NCBI GenBank assembly: GCA_903835685.1
Contig: CAILNX010000062.1
Span: forward strand, 4,204-28,203
Source of the DNA: an uncultured delta proteobacterium
GTDB taxonomy: Bacteria > Desulfobacterota > Desulfovibrionia > Desulfovibrionales > Desulfovibrionaceae
Length of the DNA: 24,000 nucleotides
Direction of reading: 5' to 3'
Positions 1 through 8,334 of the stretch are shown piece after piece. The notes beneath the pieces are model-generated. The model searched no databases and had not been told where the DNA came from. It saw only the letters and a list, made by a program, of their open reading frames with translations. The translations under genes and the position numbers were made by a program. Each line of letters opens with the position of its first letter. Position 1 is the first letter of the stretch.

Positions 1-79
1 GGGACTGGTGGTCTACTGGCTGGTGAACAACGTTCTTTCCATCGCCCAGCAGTGGTGGATGATGCGCAAGTCCTCTTAA
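1..79 (+). CDS. yidC: Membrane protein insertase YidC, C-terminal fragment (5' end lies outside the window)
   Basis: Reading from position 2 gives GLVVYWLVNNVLSIAQQWWMMRKSS then a stop at 77-79. This resembles the conserved YidC/Oxa1 C-terminus, and it lies directly upstream of jag and mnmE, the usual yidC-jag-mnmE order. It is absent from the ORF track because the window edge truncates it. Confidence 0.7.
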   Translation, partial: GLVVYWLVNNVLSIAQQWWMMRKSS

Positions 80-127
80 AGAGGCATCAAAAATTCATGA
101 GCGCGCACACTGCACAAGGAGACCTTC

Positions 128-1279
128 ATGAGCGAATTCAGGGAATTCCAGGGAAAAAGCCTGGATCTGGCCATTGAGGAGGCCTGCCGCCATTTCGAGC
201 TTGATCGCGGAAAGTTGGAGATAGAGATCATTTCAGGAGGTTCTTCGGGGATTTTCGGTCTGGTGGGCGTGAAGAAGGCCTGCGTCAAGGCCCGGCCCCG
301 TGGGGATTTCCGCAAGCATGAAGCGGATCGCCCGGCCCCTGTGAGCGCACCCGAAGCCACACCCGTAGCCGCGCCCGCAGCCTCGGCCGAGGCCCCGGCT
401 CCGGCCGCCCAGAAATCCCGGAACAAGTCCCGGGAGCGCGGCCCGTCCCGTGGCAAGGGCGAATCCCGTCCTGATTCCAGGCCTGAGGCCGCCACCCGGC
501 CCGAGCCCGCGCCCCAAAGACGCCCCGAGCCCCAGCCCGAACCGGCGGCTCCTGCTGCCGATCTCCCGGCCCTGGCCGAGGAACACCGGCCCGCAGTGTC
601 CAGCCCGGCCCCGTCCCTGGCCCCGCCCCAGAGCCTGCCCTTGACTCGGTCCCCGTCCCGCATGGCGGCCGAGGAAGAGGCCGATCACGAGGCCGGTCAC
701 GAGACCAGTCCGGCCCTGGGCCTGGCCGAGGCGGACCTGGATGACGAGGACCTGCACGGGGCCGACGAACTCACCGTGGACCCCCAACTGGCTGAAGACA
801 CGGTGCGCGAGGTCCTCCTGAAGGTCCTGGCCCCCATCGTGGAGAACCCCACGCTCAAGTTTTCCCGCGAGGGCGGCCGGGTGGACGTGTTCATCGACGA
901 CGAGGAGAACTCCGGGCTGATCATCGGCCGCGAGGGCCAGACCCTGGCCGCCATCCAGTACCTGGTGAACCGCATCGTCTGCCGCAAGCTCCAGGCCACG
1001 GTGCGGGTGCAGATCGACACCGGGGACTACCGCGAGCGCCAGAACGACGGCCTGCGCCGCCTGGCCACCCAGTTGGCCGAGCGGGTCAAGCGTTTCGGTC
1101 GGCCCCAGAGCACCAAGCCGCTGTCCTCCTACCACCGCCGGGTGGTGCACATGGCCCTGCAGGCCGACGCCCAGATCCAGACCCGCAGCAAGGGCGAAGG
1201 CCCCATGAAAAAGGTGCTCATCCTGCCCAAGCGGCGACCCCCTCAGCGCCAGGAGCGCAAGGACGAACCCAGGGCGTAA
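128..1279 (+). CDS. jag: Jag/KhpB-type RNA-binding protein (Jag_N, KH and R3H modules) with a long Pro/Ala/Glu-rich linker
   Basis: The N-terminus MSEFREFQGKSLDLAIEEACRHFELDRGKLEIEIISGGSSGIFGL is Jag_N-like. The C-terminal half has a KH-like segment (SGLIIGREGQTLAAIQYLVNRI) and an R3H-like segment (LSSYHRRVVHMALQ). AAGGAG lies upstream of the ATG. Position between yidC and mnmE fits. Confidence 0.85.
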   Translation: MSEFREFQGKSLDLAIEEACRHFELDRGKLEIEIISGGSSGIFGLVGVKKACVKARPRGDFRKHEADRPAPVSAPEATPVAAPAASAEAPAPAAQKSRNKSRERGPSRGKGESRPDSRPEAATRPEPAPQRRPEPQPEPAAPAADLPALAEEHRPAVSSPAPSLAPPQSLPLTRSPSRMAAEEEADHEAGHETSPALGLAEADLDDEDLHGADELTVDPQLAEDTVREVLLKVLAPIVENPTLKFSREGGRVDVFIDDEENSGLIIGREGQTLAAIQYLVNRIVCRKLQATVRVQIDTGDYRERQNDGLRRLATQLAERVKRFGRPQSTKPLSSYHRRVVHMALQADAQIQTRSKGEGPMKKVLILPKRRPPQRQERKDEPRA

Positions 1280-1294
1280 ACGAAAATCTTGAAA

Positions 1295-1329
1295 CGGCCC
1301 CGACCTCACGGCCGGGGCCGTTTTTCTTT
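1295..1329 (+). terminator. Rho-independent terminator-like hairpin downstream of jag
   Basis: Stem CGGCCCCG (1295-1302) pairs with CGGGGCCG (1313-1320), with a 10-nt loop, followed by TTTTTCTTT. Confidence 0.6.
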
Positions 1330-1376
1330 GGGGCAGTCAGGATGACCAGGGTTTTTGACGCCGAGGCCGAGGGGCC

Positions 1377-2762
1377 ATGCTGAACCAGGACACGGACACC
1401 ATTGCGGCCGTGGCCACGCCCCCGGGCTCGGGCGGGGTGGCCATCGTGCGCCTGAGCGGGCCTCGGAGCCTGGCCCTGGGCCTCTCCCTGTTCCGCTCCC
1501 ATCGCCCGGATTTCGCCGGGTTCAAGCCATCACGTATGCACTTCGGCGAGATTCTGGACGAACACGGCCAGGCCCTGGACCAGGGGCTCATGGTGGCCAT
1601 GCCCGGCCCGGGCTCGTTCACGGGCGAGGATGTGCTGGAGATTCACTGCCACGGTGGGCGCGGAATGGTCCGGGCCGTGCTGGGGGCCGTGCTGGCCTCG
1701 GGCGCGCGTCTGGCCGGTCCTGGCGAGTTCACCCTGCGGGCCTATCTGAACGGCCGCCTGGACCTGACCCAGGCCGAGGCCGTGGCCGAACTGGTGTCCG
1801 CGCCCACCCGGGCCGCCCTGGGCTGGGCCAAGGTCAAGCTGGACGGGGCCTTGGGCCGCAGGGTGCGCGATTTGCGGGCCAGCCTGGAGGATTTGCGGGT
1901 CAAGCTCACCCTGGCCGTGGATTTTCCCGAGGACGAGGTGGAGTGCTGCCCGCCTGACGAGCTCATCTCCGGGGTGGAGCAGACCCTGCGCGGCCTGCGC
2001 AGCCTCCTGGCCGGGGTCCGGCGGGCCGGGCTGTGGCGGGAAGGGGCCTTGGTGGTCCTGGCCGGTCGGGTCAATGCCGGGAAATCCAGCCTGCTCAACG
2101 CCCTGCTGGGCCGGGAGCGGGCCATTGTGGCCGACCTGCCCGGCACCACCCGGGACTATCTGGAAGAGACCCTGGACCTGGAGGGCCTGCCCGTGCGCCT
2201 CATGGACACGGCGGGCTTAAGGGACACCGGGGACGTGGTGGAGATGGAGGGCTTGCGCCTGGGCCAGGAATTCACCGAACAGGCCGACCTGGTGGTCCTG
2301 GTGGTAGACCGTTCCCAGGGTCTGGAGGCCCGGGAGCGGGCGCTCCTGGAGCGCCTGGGTCCGGCCCGGGTCCTGGTGGCCCTGAACAAGGCCGACCTGC
2401 CCGCCCGGGAAACGGATTTGGCCGAGGAATTGGCCGGGCAGGGCTTCGAGGTTTTGGTCCTTTCGGCCAAGCAGGGCCTGGGTCTGGAGGATTTGGCCAC
2501 GGCCATGCGCCGCCGCCTTCTGGCCGCCGGGGGCGAGCCCGATCCGGACGCGCCCGTGCCCAACGCCCGCCAGGCCACGGCCCTGGCCCGGGCGGCCGGG
2601 GAGCTTGAGGCCCTGGCCGTCGAGGCGGCCCAGGGCCTGCCCTACGACCTGCTGGGCGTGCGCCTGGAGCTGGCCTGCTCCATCCTGTCCGAGGTCACGG
2701 GCGAGATGGCCCCCCAGCAGGTGCTGGACCAGATTTTCAGCCGATTCTGCATCGGCAAATAG
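1377..2762 (+). CDS. mnmE: tRNA modification GTPase MnmE (TrmE)
   Basis: 461 aa. G-domain motifs GRVNAGKSSLLNAL (G1), DLPGTTRD (G2), DTAGLR (G3), NKAD (G4). The hallmark C-terminal FCIGK motif is present. Confidence 0.95.
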   Translation: MLNQDTDTIAAVATPPGSGGVAIVRLSGPRSLALGLSLFRSHRPDFAGFKPSRMHFGEILDEHGQALDQGLMVAMPGPGSFTGEDVLEIHCHGGRGMVRAVLGAVLASGARLAGPGEFTLRAYLNGRLDLTQAEAVAELVSAPTRAALGWAKVKLDGALGRRVRDLRASLEDLRVKLTLAVDFPEDEVECCPPDELISGVEQTLRGLRSLLAGVRRAGLWREGALVVLAGRVNAGKSSLLNALLGRERAIVADLPGTTRDYLEETLDLEGLPVRLMDTAGLRDTGDVVEMEGLRLGQEFTEQADLVVLVVDRSQGLEARERALLERLGPARVLVALNKADLPARETDLAEELAGQGFEVLVLSAKQGLGLEDLATAMRRRLLAAGGEPDPDAPVPNARQATALARAAGELEALAVEAAQGLPYDLLGVRLELACSILSEVTGEMAPQQVLDQIFSRFCIGK

Positions 2763-2767
2763 GTTTT

Positions 2768-4774
2768 TTAAAACCTCTCGAAATCATCATCTCCCTCGGA
2801 ATCCAGGCCTTGGGCCAGGGCCTTGGGCTTGACCAAGCCTTTTCGCGCTGGCGCGGGCAGGGCGGGCCGCCTCGTCCGTCCGGCCTGGCGCACCTTGAAG
2901 AAGCGCATGGTCTCCTGCAACTGTACGGACTGGGCCGAAAGCTCCTCGGCCGTGGAGGCCATTTCCTCCGAGGCCGAGGCGTTCTGCTGGACCACCTGGT
3001 CCAGCAGGAGCAGGGCCTTGCTGATCTGTTCCGCGCCGGAGTTCTGCTCGTTGCAGGCGGCCGTGATCTCCTGGACCAGGTCGGCCGTGCGCTTGATGTC
3101 CGGCACGATGCGGGTGAGCATGACCCCGGCCTGTTCGGCCACGGCCACGCTCTGGCCGGAAAGCTGACCGATCTCGGCTGCGGCCGAACCGCTGCGCTCG
3201 GCCAGTTTGCGCACCTCGGCGGCCACCACGGCAAAGCCCTTGCCGTGCTCCCCGGCCCGGGCCGCCTCGATGGCCGCGTTCAAGGCCAGCAGATTGGTCT
3301 GCCGCGCGATTTCCTCGACGATGGTGATCTTTTCCGCGATCTGCTTCATGGCCGCGACCGTGGCCATGACCGCGCCGCCGCCTTCCTGGGCGTCCTGGGC
3401 CGTCTGGGACGCGATCTTCTCGGTCTGTTGGGCGTTCTCCGCGCTCTGGCGGATGTTGGAGGTCATCTGCTCCATGCTGGAGGATATCTGCTCCAGGGAG
3501 GCGGCCTGTTCCGTGGCCCCCTGCGACAGGCTCTGGGCCGAGGAGGACAGCTCCCCGCTGCCGCTGGCCACGCCCTCGGTAGCGAAGAGCACGTCGCCCA
3601 CCACGCCCGAGAGCCGGTCGGTCATGGTCCGCAGGGAATCGGCCAGTTGCCCGACCTCGTCCTGCTGGTTCACGTCCAGGCTGGCGGTCAAATCGCCCTG
3701 GGCCATGGTGTCGGCGAAGCGCATGCCTTTTTGCAGCGGCCCCACGATGGCCCGGGCCAAGAGGAGCCCCAGACCCACGGCCAAGCCCGCGCCCAGGATC
3801 ATGCCCAGGATGGAGGTCCAGGCGGCCTGGCGGGAGGTGCTGGCCGATTTTTGGACCATCCTGTCCGTCCCGGCCTGGTTGGCCTTGAGCAGCTTGTCCA
3901 GAAGCCCCAGGGCCACGCGCTGCTTCTCCAGGGTGCTGACCATGGCCTGCTGGAACATGCTGTCGTACAGCTTCTCGCCCTTGGTGGCCTCCTGGCGCAA
4001 GTCCCGCAGAAAATCAAAGGTGATATTGGCCGGCCCACTGACCTCCTTGGCGTAGAGGCTTAAGGCCTCGTCCTTGCGGCCCTGGCGCACCAGCTCGTGC
4101 AGGTGCTTGATTCCGGCGTGGAACTGGGCGTGGTTCGGGGTGATGAGATCCAGGAATTTCTTCACTTCCGCATTGTTGATGGACTTGCTCTCGCCATCCA
4201 GCCATTTTCCGAAATTGCAGGCGTGGGGGTCTTCGCCGCCCTCGAAGGCCTCGTTGACCAGGATCAAGTCACTCATTGAATGGAGCAGCTTGTAGTGGTC
4301 GGCCCGGAACAGCTCCAGCTTGTAGCGGAAGTCCGTGGGATTGAGAATGCCGTTTCGTTCCAGCTCCTTGGAAAGGCTGAAGAAGCTGTCGTTCTCCTGG
4401 GCCCAGGAGTCCCAGGCCTGGCTGAAGTCCTTCCACAGCGCGGTTTCTTCCGGGGTCTTGGGCAGGGCCTCGTAGGCCTTCCAGTCCTTGGCGATGGTCT
4501 CCCGGATGCGCTGGACGTTGGCGTACTGCCGGTCGCGGGTGGGCTGGTCGATGCCCAGGGTCAGCAGGGTGCGCTGCACCACGCGCAGGCTCTCGCCTTG
4601 CCCGGAAAAATTGAGCAGGCTGGCCTGGGCCGGGAGTTTCACCCCGGAGAGCTCGTTCAAATTCTCATTGATGGACACCACCCCTCGCCACCCGATGAGC
4701 CCGACCACCAGGGTGATCAGGGCTACCACCGAGAAGCCCCCCACCAGTTGGCCCTTCAATTTCAGTCGGAGCAT
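2768..4774 (-). CDS. Methyl-accepting chemotaxis protein; sensor region between two TM helices carries a CZB-type zinc-binding motif; HAMP plus MA signalling domain; C-terminal DFERF
   Basis: 668 aa. TM1 is about aa 11-29 and TM2 about aa 318-341. HAMP follows ([23 protein letters not shown]). Highly conserved MCP hairpin core [47 protein letters not shown] lies before the ATG at 4774. Confidence 0.9.
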   Translation of the reverse strand: MLRLKLKGQLVGGFSVVALITLVVGLIGWRGVVSINENLNELSGVKLPAQASLLNFSGQGESLRVVQRTLLTLGIDQPTRDRQYANVQRIRETIAKDWKAYEALPKTPEETALWKDFSQAWDSWAQENDSFFSLSKELERNGILNPTDFRYKLELFRADHYKLLHSMSDLILVNEAFEGGEDPHACNFGKWLDGESKSINNAEVKKFLDLITPNHAQFHAGIKHLHELVRQGRKDEALSLYAKEVSGPANITFDFLRDLRQEATKGEKLYDSMFQQAMVSTLEKQRVALGLLDKLLKANQAGTDRMVQKSASTSRQAAWTSILGMILGAGLAVGLGLLLARAIVGPLQKGMRFADTMAQGDLTASLDVNQQDEVGQLADSLRTMTDRLSGVVGDVLFATEGVASGSGELSSSAQSLSQGATEQAASLEQISSSMEQMTSNIRQSAENAQQTEKIASQTAQDAQEGGGAVMATVAAMKQIAEKITIVEEIARQTNLLALNAAIEAARAGEHGKGFAVVAAEVRKLAERSGSAAAEIGQLSGQSVAVAEQAGVMLTRIVPDIKRTADLVQEITAACNEQNSGAEQISKALLLLDQVVQQNASASEEMASTAEELSAQSVQLQETMRFFKVRQAGRTRRPALPAPARKGLVKPKALAQGLDSEGDDDFERF

Positions 4775-4942
4775 AGGATCTCCTTGTCGCTAGCAGAAAT
4801 ATTCATGAATCCGGCAGGCCACTTGGCCCTGAAAAGGCATACACCCATTTGCCCGGGTGAGTAAATACCCAGGGAGGATTTTGGAAATAATCTGGTCCGG
4901 GCACAGGGACAAAAGGGCGCTTGGCCAGGGGGTTGGGGGCTG

Positions 4943-4977
4943 GAAAAAAAACCGCCCGGCAGAAGAGACCGGGCGGT
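4943..4977 (-). terminator. Rho-independent terminator after cheW
   Basis: On the minus strand: ACCGCCCGG, 9-nt loop, CCGGGCGGT (9-bp stem, 4951-4959 with 4969-4977), followed by a run of eight U (A-run 4944-4951 on plus). Confidence 0.75.
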
Positions 4978-4989
4978 CGGGTTGGTCGT

Positions 4990-5520
4990 TCAGCCGGCCT
5001 CATTGGCCGGGGGCGGCGGTGGCGGCTCCAGACCGGCGGCCTGGACCATGGCCAACTCCTCGCCGGAAAAGAGTGTGTCCACGTTCAAAACCATGATGAA
5101 ATGGTCCTGCATCCGGCCCATGCCCGCGAGATACTCGGGCCGGATGTGCGTGCCCATGCGCGGGGCGGGCACGATCTGCTCCGGCAGAAGCTCGAAGACC
5201 TCCCGCACGGAATCGGCCAAGGCCCCGAGCACGATGCTCTCGTTCTCCCAGATCACTTCCACGATGATGATGCAGGTGTTGACCGTCTTTTCCGTAGGCC
5301 CCATCCCGAATTTGCGGCGCAGGTCCACCACCGGAATCGCGCTCCCGCGCAGGTTCAGGATGCCCGAAAAGAACTCCGGGGTGCGGGGAATCCGGGTGAT
5401 GGGCTGGTACTCCAGCACCTCCCGCACCCTGGAGATGTCCAGGGCATAGGGCTCCTTGTTCAACACGAAGCTCAAGAACTGGTTCGTGCTGCCCCCGGCT
5501 GAAAGGTCGATGGCCGCCAT
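4990..5520 (-). CDS. cheW: Chemotaxis coupling protein CheW
   Basis: 176 aa with CheW-like core FLSFVLNKEPYALDISRVREVLEYQPITRIPRTPEFFSGILNLRGSAIPVVDLRRKFG. The start lies 3 nt after the stop of the upstream MCP, suggesting translational coupling. Pro-rich C-terminal tail (EPPPPPPANEAG). Confidence 0.9.
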   Translation of the reverse strand: MAAIDLSAGGSTNQFLSFVLNKEPYALDISRVREVLEYQPITRIPRTPEFFSGILNLRGSAIPVVDLRRKFGMGPTEKTVNTCIIIVEVIWENESIVLGALADSVREVFELLPEQIVPAPRMGTHIRPEYLAGMGRMQDHFIMVLNVDTLFSGEELAMVQAAGLEPPPPPPANEAG

Positions 5521-5523
5521 GGG

Positions 5524-7578
5524 CTAGAACCGTTCGAATTCTTGGTCGTCGTCGCCGGCCATGTCCAGGGCCAGTCCGGCCCCCCCGTTCTTCTTGCCCG
5601 GGGCGGCCGCGATCTTCTTGGGCGGGGCCGCATGGGCCGTGACTCGCTTCGTGGGCCGACCTGGGGAGTGGGCCGAGGAGTAGCCCGAGGCGTGGCCCGA
5701 GGCATTGACCTGGAAGAAGGACATGGTCTGCTGGAGTTGTTCGGCCTGGCTGGACAGCTCCTCGGCCGTGGAGGCCATCTCCTCGGAGGAGGAGGCGTTC
5801 TGCTGGACCACCTGGTCGAGCTGCTGGATGGCCTTGTTGATCTGCTCCGCGCCGGAGTTCTGCTCGTTGCTGGCCGCGGTGATCTCCTGGACCAGGTCCG
5901 CAGTGCGCTGGATGTCCGGGACCAGCTTGGAAAGCATCTGCCCGGCCTTCTCGGACACGGCCACGGTGGAGGTGGACAGCTCACCGATCTCTCCGGCCGC
6001 CGCGCCGCTGCGTTCGGCCAGCTTGCGCACTTCGGCGGCCACCACGGCGAAGCCCTTGCCGTGCTCTCCGGCCCGGGCGGCCTCGATGGCCGCGTTCAAG
6101 GCCAGAAGGTTGGTCTGCCGGGCGATCTCCTCGATGATGGAGATCTTCTCGGCGATGTTCTTCATGGCCACCACGGCCTGGCCCACGGCCAGACCGGATT
6201 CCTGGGCGTCGCGCGCGGCCTGCTGAGAGATTTTCTCGGTCTGCAGGGCGTTCTCGGCGTTCTGGCGGATGTTGGAGGTCATCTGCTCCATGCTGGAGGA
6301 GACTTCCTCAAGGCTGGCGGCCTGTTCCGTGGCGCCCTGGGAGAGGCTCTGGGAGGAGGAGGACAGCTCCTCGCTTCCCGCAGCCACGTTGCTGGTGGCC
6401 TGGGACACGTCGCCCACCACCTGGGAGAGCTTGTCCACCATCTCGTTCAAGGAGGCGGCCAGGATGCCAATTTCGTCCTTCTGGTCGATGGCCAGGGTCT
6501 GGGTGAAGTCGCCCTCGGCCATGCGCTTGGCGAAGGCCACGCCCAGGATGACCGGGCCGGTGATGCCCTTGGTCAGGAAGAAGGCCACGGCCACGCCGAT
6601 GATGGCGGCGATGGCCAGCCCGATGATCAGGATGAAGGAGGCGGAGTTCAAGTTGGTCACGGCCAGGGCCGCGATCTCCTTGGTCTGCTCGATGCCGCCC
6701 TTGGCCACGGCCTCGGCCTCGGTCACCACCTTGGTGGCCACTTCCAGCCGTTTCTTGCCCAGCTCCTGGGCCTTGAGCCAGTTCTCCAGGTAGTCGGACA
6801 TGGCCTTGCCGTAGGCCTTGGCCGCAGCGCGGATGGCTTCGATCTGCTTCAGGTTCACTTCTTGAGTGGTCTTGGCCTTGACCTCGTCCAGGATTTTTTC
6901 GATCTTGGGGATGTTCTCCAGGCCCTGGCGCATGATCTCCGGGCTCCGCTGGGCCTGGGCCCGGAAGCTGAGGACGCGCGCCTCGTTGCCCAGATCCATG
7001 ATGTCGTTGATCTTGTCCAGCTTCCAGGCCCGATCCAGGAGCTTCTCCGTTCCGGCGCCGGCCTTGATCTCTTCCTGGTTCTTCTTGCCCTGGTCGTCCA
7101 GAAAATCATTGAGGTTCTTGATAAAGTCCTGGGCGCTGACGACCATGATCTGGCGCTGCTTGGCCAAATCCTCGAAAATGACCACGGTCTGGTCCACCAG
7201 CTTCTTATAGTCCTGGACAGCGGCTTCGGCCCGATCCGCTCCGTCCTTGAGTTTGACCAGTTCAGGGTGCTTGGCGGCATGGTCCTTGGCGTCCTTCAGC
7301 CGGGCCAGGACCTCATCCAGACGCTTGCGGCCAGCCTCGTAGGTGGTCTTGTCCTCGGTGGTGCCCCAGATGCGCATGATGCCGATGGTGTCCATGGCCG
7401 CGCGCTCCACCTCGTTGGCGATGGCCACTTCCGGCACGAACTCGTCGGACAGGCGCACGGCGTTCGTGCTCACCCGGCTCATGTTGAAGATGGCCAGGGT
7501 TCCGAGCAGGACGGCCAGGGCGATGAGAACGCCGAAGCCACCGCCGATTTTCAAGCCGAGTTTCAAGTTCTTGAGCAT
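5524..7578 (-). CDS. Methyl-accepting chemotaxis protein with a long all-helical periplasmic sensor, HAMP, MA domain and C-terminal EFERF
   Basis: 684 aa. TM1 is about aa 12-33 and TM2 about aa 313-338. Same conserved signalling core as the MCP at 2768-4774. GGGAGG lies before the ATG at 7578. Confidence 0.9.
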   Translation of the reverse strand: MLKNLKLGLKIGGGFGVLIALAVLLGTLAIFNMSRVSTNAVRLSDEFVPEVAIANEVERAAMDTIGIMRIWGTTEDKTTYEAGRKRLDEVLARLKDAKDHAAKHPELVKLKDGADRAEAAVQDYKKLVDQTVVIFEDLAKQRQIMVVSAQDFIKNLNDFLDDQGKKNQEEIKAGAGTEKLLDRAWKLDKINDIMDLGNEARVLSFRAQAQRSPEIMRQGLENIPKIEKILDEVKAKTTQEVNLKQIEAIRAAAKAYGKAMSDYLENWLKAQELGKKRLEVATKVVTEAEAVAKGGIEQTKEIAALAVTNLNSASFILIIGLAIAAIIGVAVAFFLTKGITGPVILGVAFAKRMAEGDFTQTLAIDQKDEIGILAASLNEMVDKLSQVVGDVSQATSNVAAGSEELSSSSQSLSQGATEQAASLEEVSSSMEQMTSNIRQNAENALQTEKISQQAARDAQESGLAVGQAVVAMKNIAEKISIIEEIARQTNLLALNAAIEAARAGEHGKGFAVVAAEVRKLAERSGAAAGEIGELSTSTVAVSEKAGQMLSKLVPDIQRTADLVQEITAASNEQNSGAEQINKAIQQLDQVVQQNASSSEEMASTAEELSSQAEQLQQTMSFFQVNASGHASGYSSAHSPGRPTKRVTAHAAPPKKIAAAPGKKNGGAGLALDMAGDDDQEFERF

Positions 7579-7630
7579 AGAGCCTCCCTTGTGCGGTTCC
7601 CCTGGTCTGGTGGGGGGGGTGGATAAATTT

Positions 7631-7657
7631 CTATCGACAACATCCTGAATAAATTCA
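7631..7657 (-). promoter_or_regulatory. Weak sigma-28 (FliA)-like promoter candidate upstream of the MCP-cheW unit
   Basis: The minus strand reads TGAA-N15-GTCGATAG, against the textbook TAAA-N15-GCCGATAA (3/4 and 6/8 matches). It lies about 50 nt upstream of the MCP start. Partial match only. Confidence 0.25.
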
Positions 7658-8140
7658 GGTTCTATCCTTGTCTGAGGCGGGACGGGCAGGGGCGGGCGGG
7701 GCAGAGGCTTCCCCGTTCTCGGCGCGGGGGCAGGCCTGGGCGTCCTTGATCAGGTCGGCCACGGTGATGGAGTCCAGTTCGGTGTACAGGGCGCGTCCGG
7801 CCCGCATCCAGGCCTTGCGGGTCAGGCAGACTTCGGCCCGGGGGCAGGACTTCACGTCCGTGCCGCACCCGATGACCTCGATGCCGCCTTCCAGGACCCG
7901 GACGATCTCGCCCACGGTGATCTCGGACATGGGCCGGGCCAGCATGTGCCCGCCCTTGGGTCCCCGGCGGCTCTTGATGAATCCCGCCCTTTTGAGTTCG
8001 CCGATGAGTCGTTCCAGGTACTTGACCGAGAGATCCTGGCGCCGGGCGATGTCGCAGACCCGCACCGGACCCTGGCCCTGGTTCAGGGCGATATCCAGGA
8101 CCATGCGGGTTCCGTAGCGGCTTCGGGTGGTCAGTTTCAT
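7655..8140 (-). CDS. Rrf2-family transcriptional regulator with a probable Fe-S cluster-binding Cys triad
   Basis: 161 aa. N-terminal winged HTH typical of Rrf2 ([19 protein letters not shown]...[34 protein letters not shown]). Cys92, Cys99 and Cys105 ([15 protein letters not shown]) are spaced like the IscR/NsrR cluster ligands. Confidence 0.85.
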   Translation of the reverse strand: MKLTTRSRYGTRMVLDIALNQGQGPVRVCDIARRQDLSVKYLERLIGELKRAGFIKSRRGPKGGHMLARPMSEITVGEIVRVLEGGIEVIGCGTDVKSCPRAEVCLTRKAWMRAGRALYTELDSITVADLIKDAQACPRAENGEASAPPAPARPASDKDRT

Positions 8141-8334
8141 GCTCGGCCGGGTTCAGGGCTATAAGGTGCTACGTAGAGCCACTGCTGTGGCAGGAAAAGG
8201 CCAGTCTCGTCAATGATAATTGAGAGGCGTCAAGCTGAGTTGCGTGTGCTTGAAGTCAGTGGCCAGTATTTTTTTGAGGGATCGATCAGCAAAGAGAGAA
8301 GGGGGACGTAGGGGTTCCCTCCTCTGGGCGGCGG

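Noticed and set aside
5542-7626. The 694-aa plus-strand ORF antisense to the second MCP, plus similar antisense or out-of-frame ORFs (233-1309, 2810-4063, 8428-9792, 10126-11658, 16213-17046, 20235-21020 and others)
   Set aside because: All overlap strongly supported genes on the opposite strand or in another frame. They translate to repetitive G/R/P/A/L/H-rich sequence with no recognisable motifs. These are high-GC artefacts.
8141-8334. A possible small RNA or terminator structure in the caspase-Rrf2 intergenic region (GCCAC-AGCA-GTGGC, TCAAT-TATC-ATTGA, duplicated TTGACG)
   Set aside because: There are only short (5-bp) inverted repeats, no T-tract-backed hairpin, and no convincing -35/-10 spacing. 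It does not resemble the IscR type 1 or type 2 sites I remember. The evidence is insufficient to call a feature.
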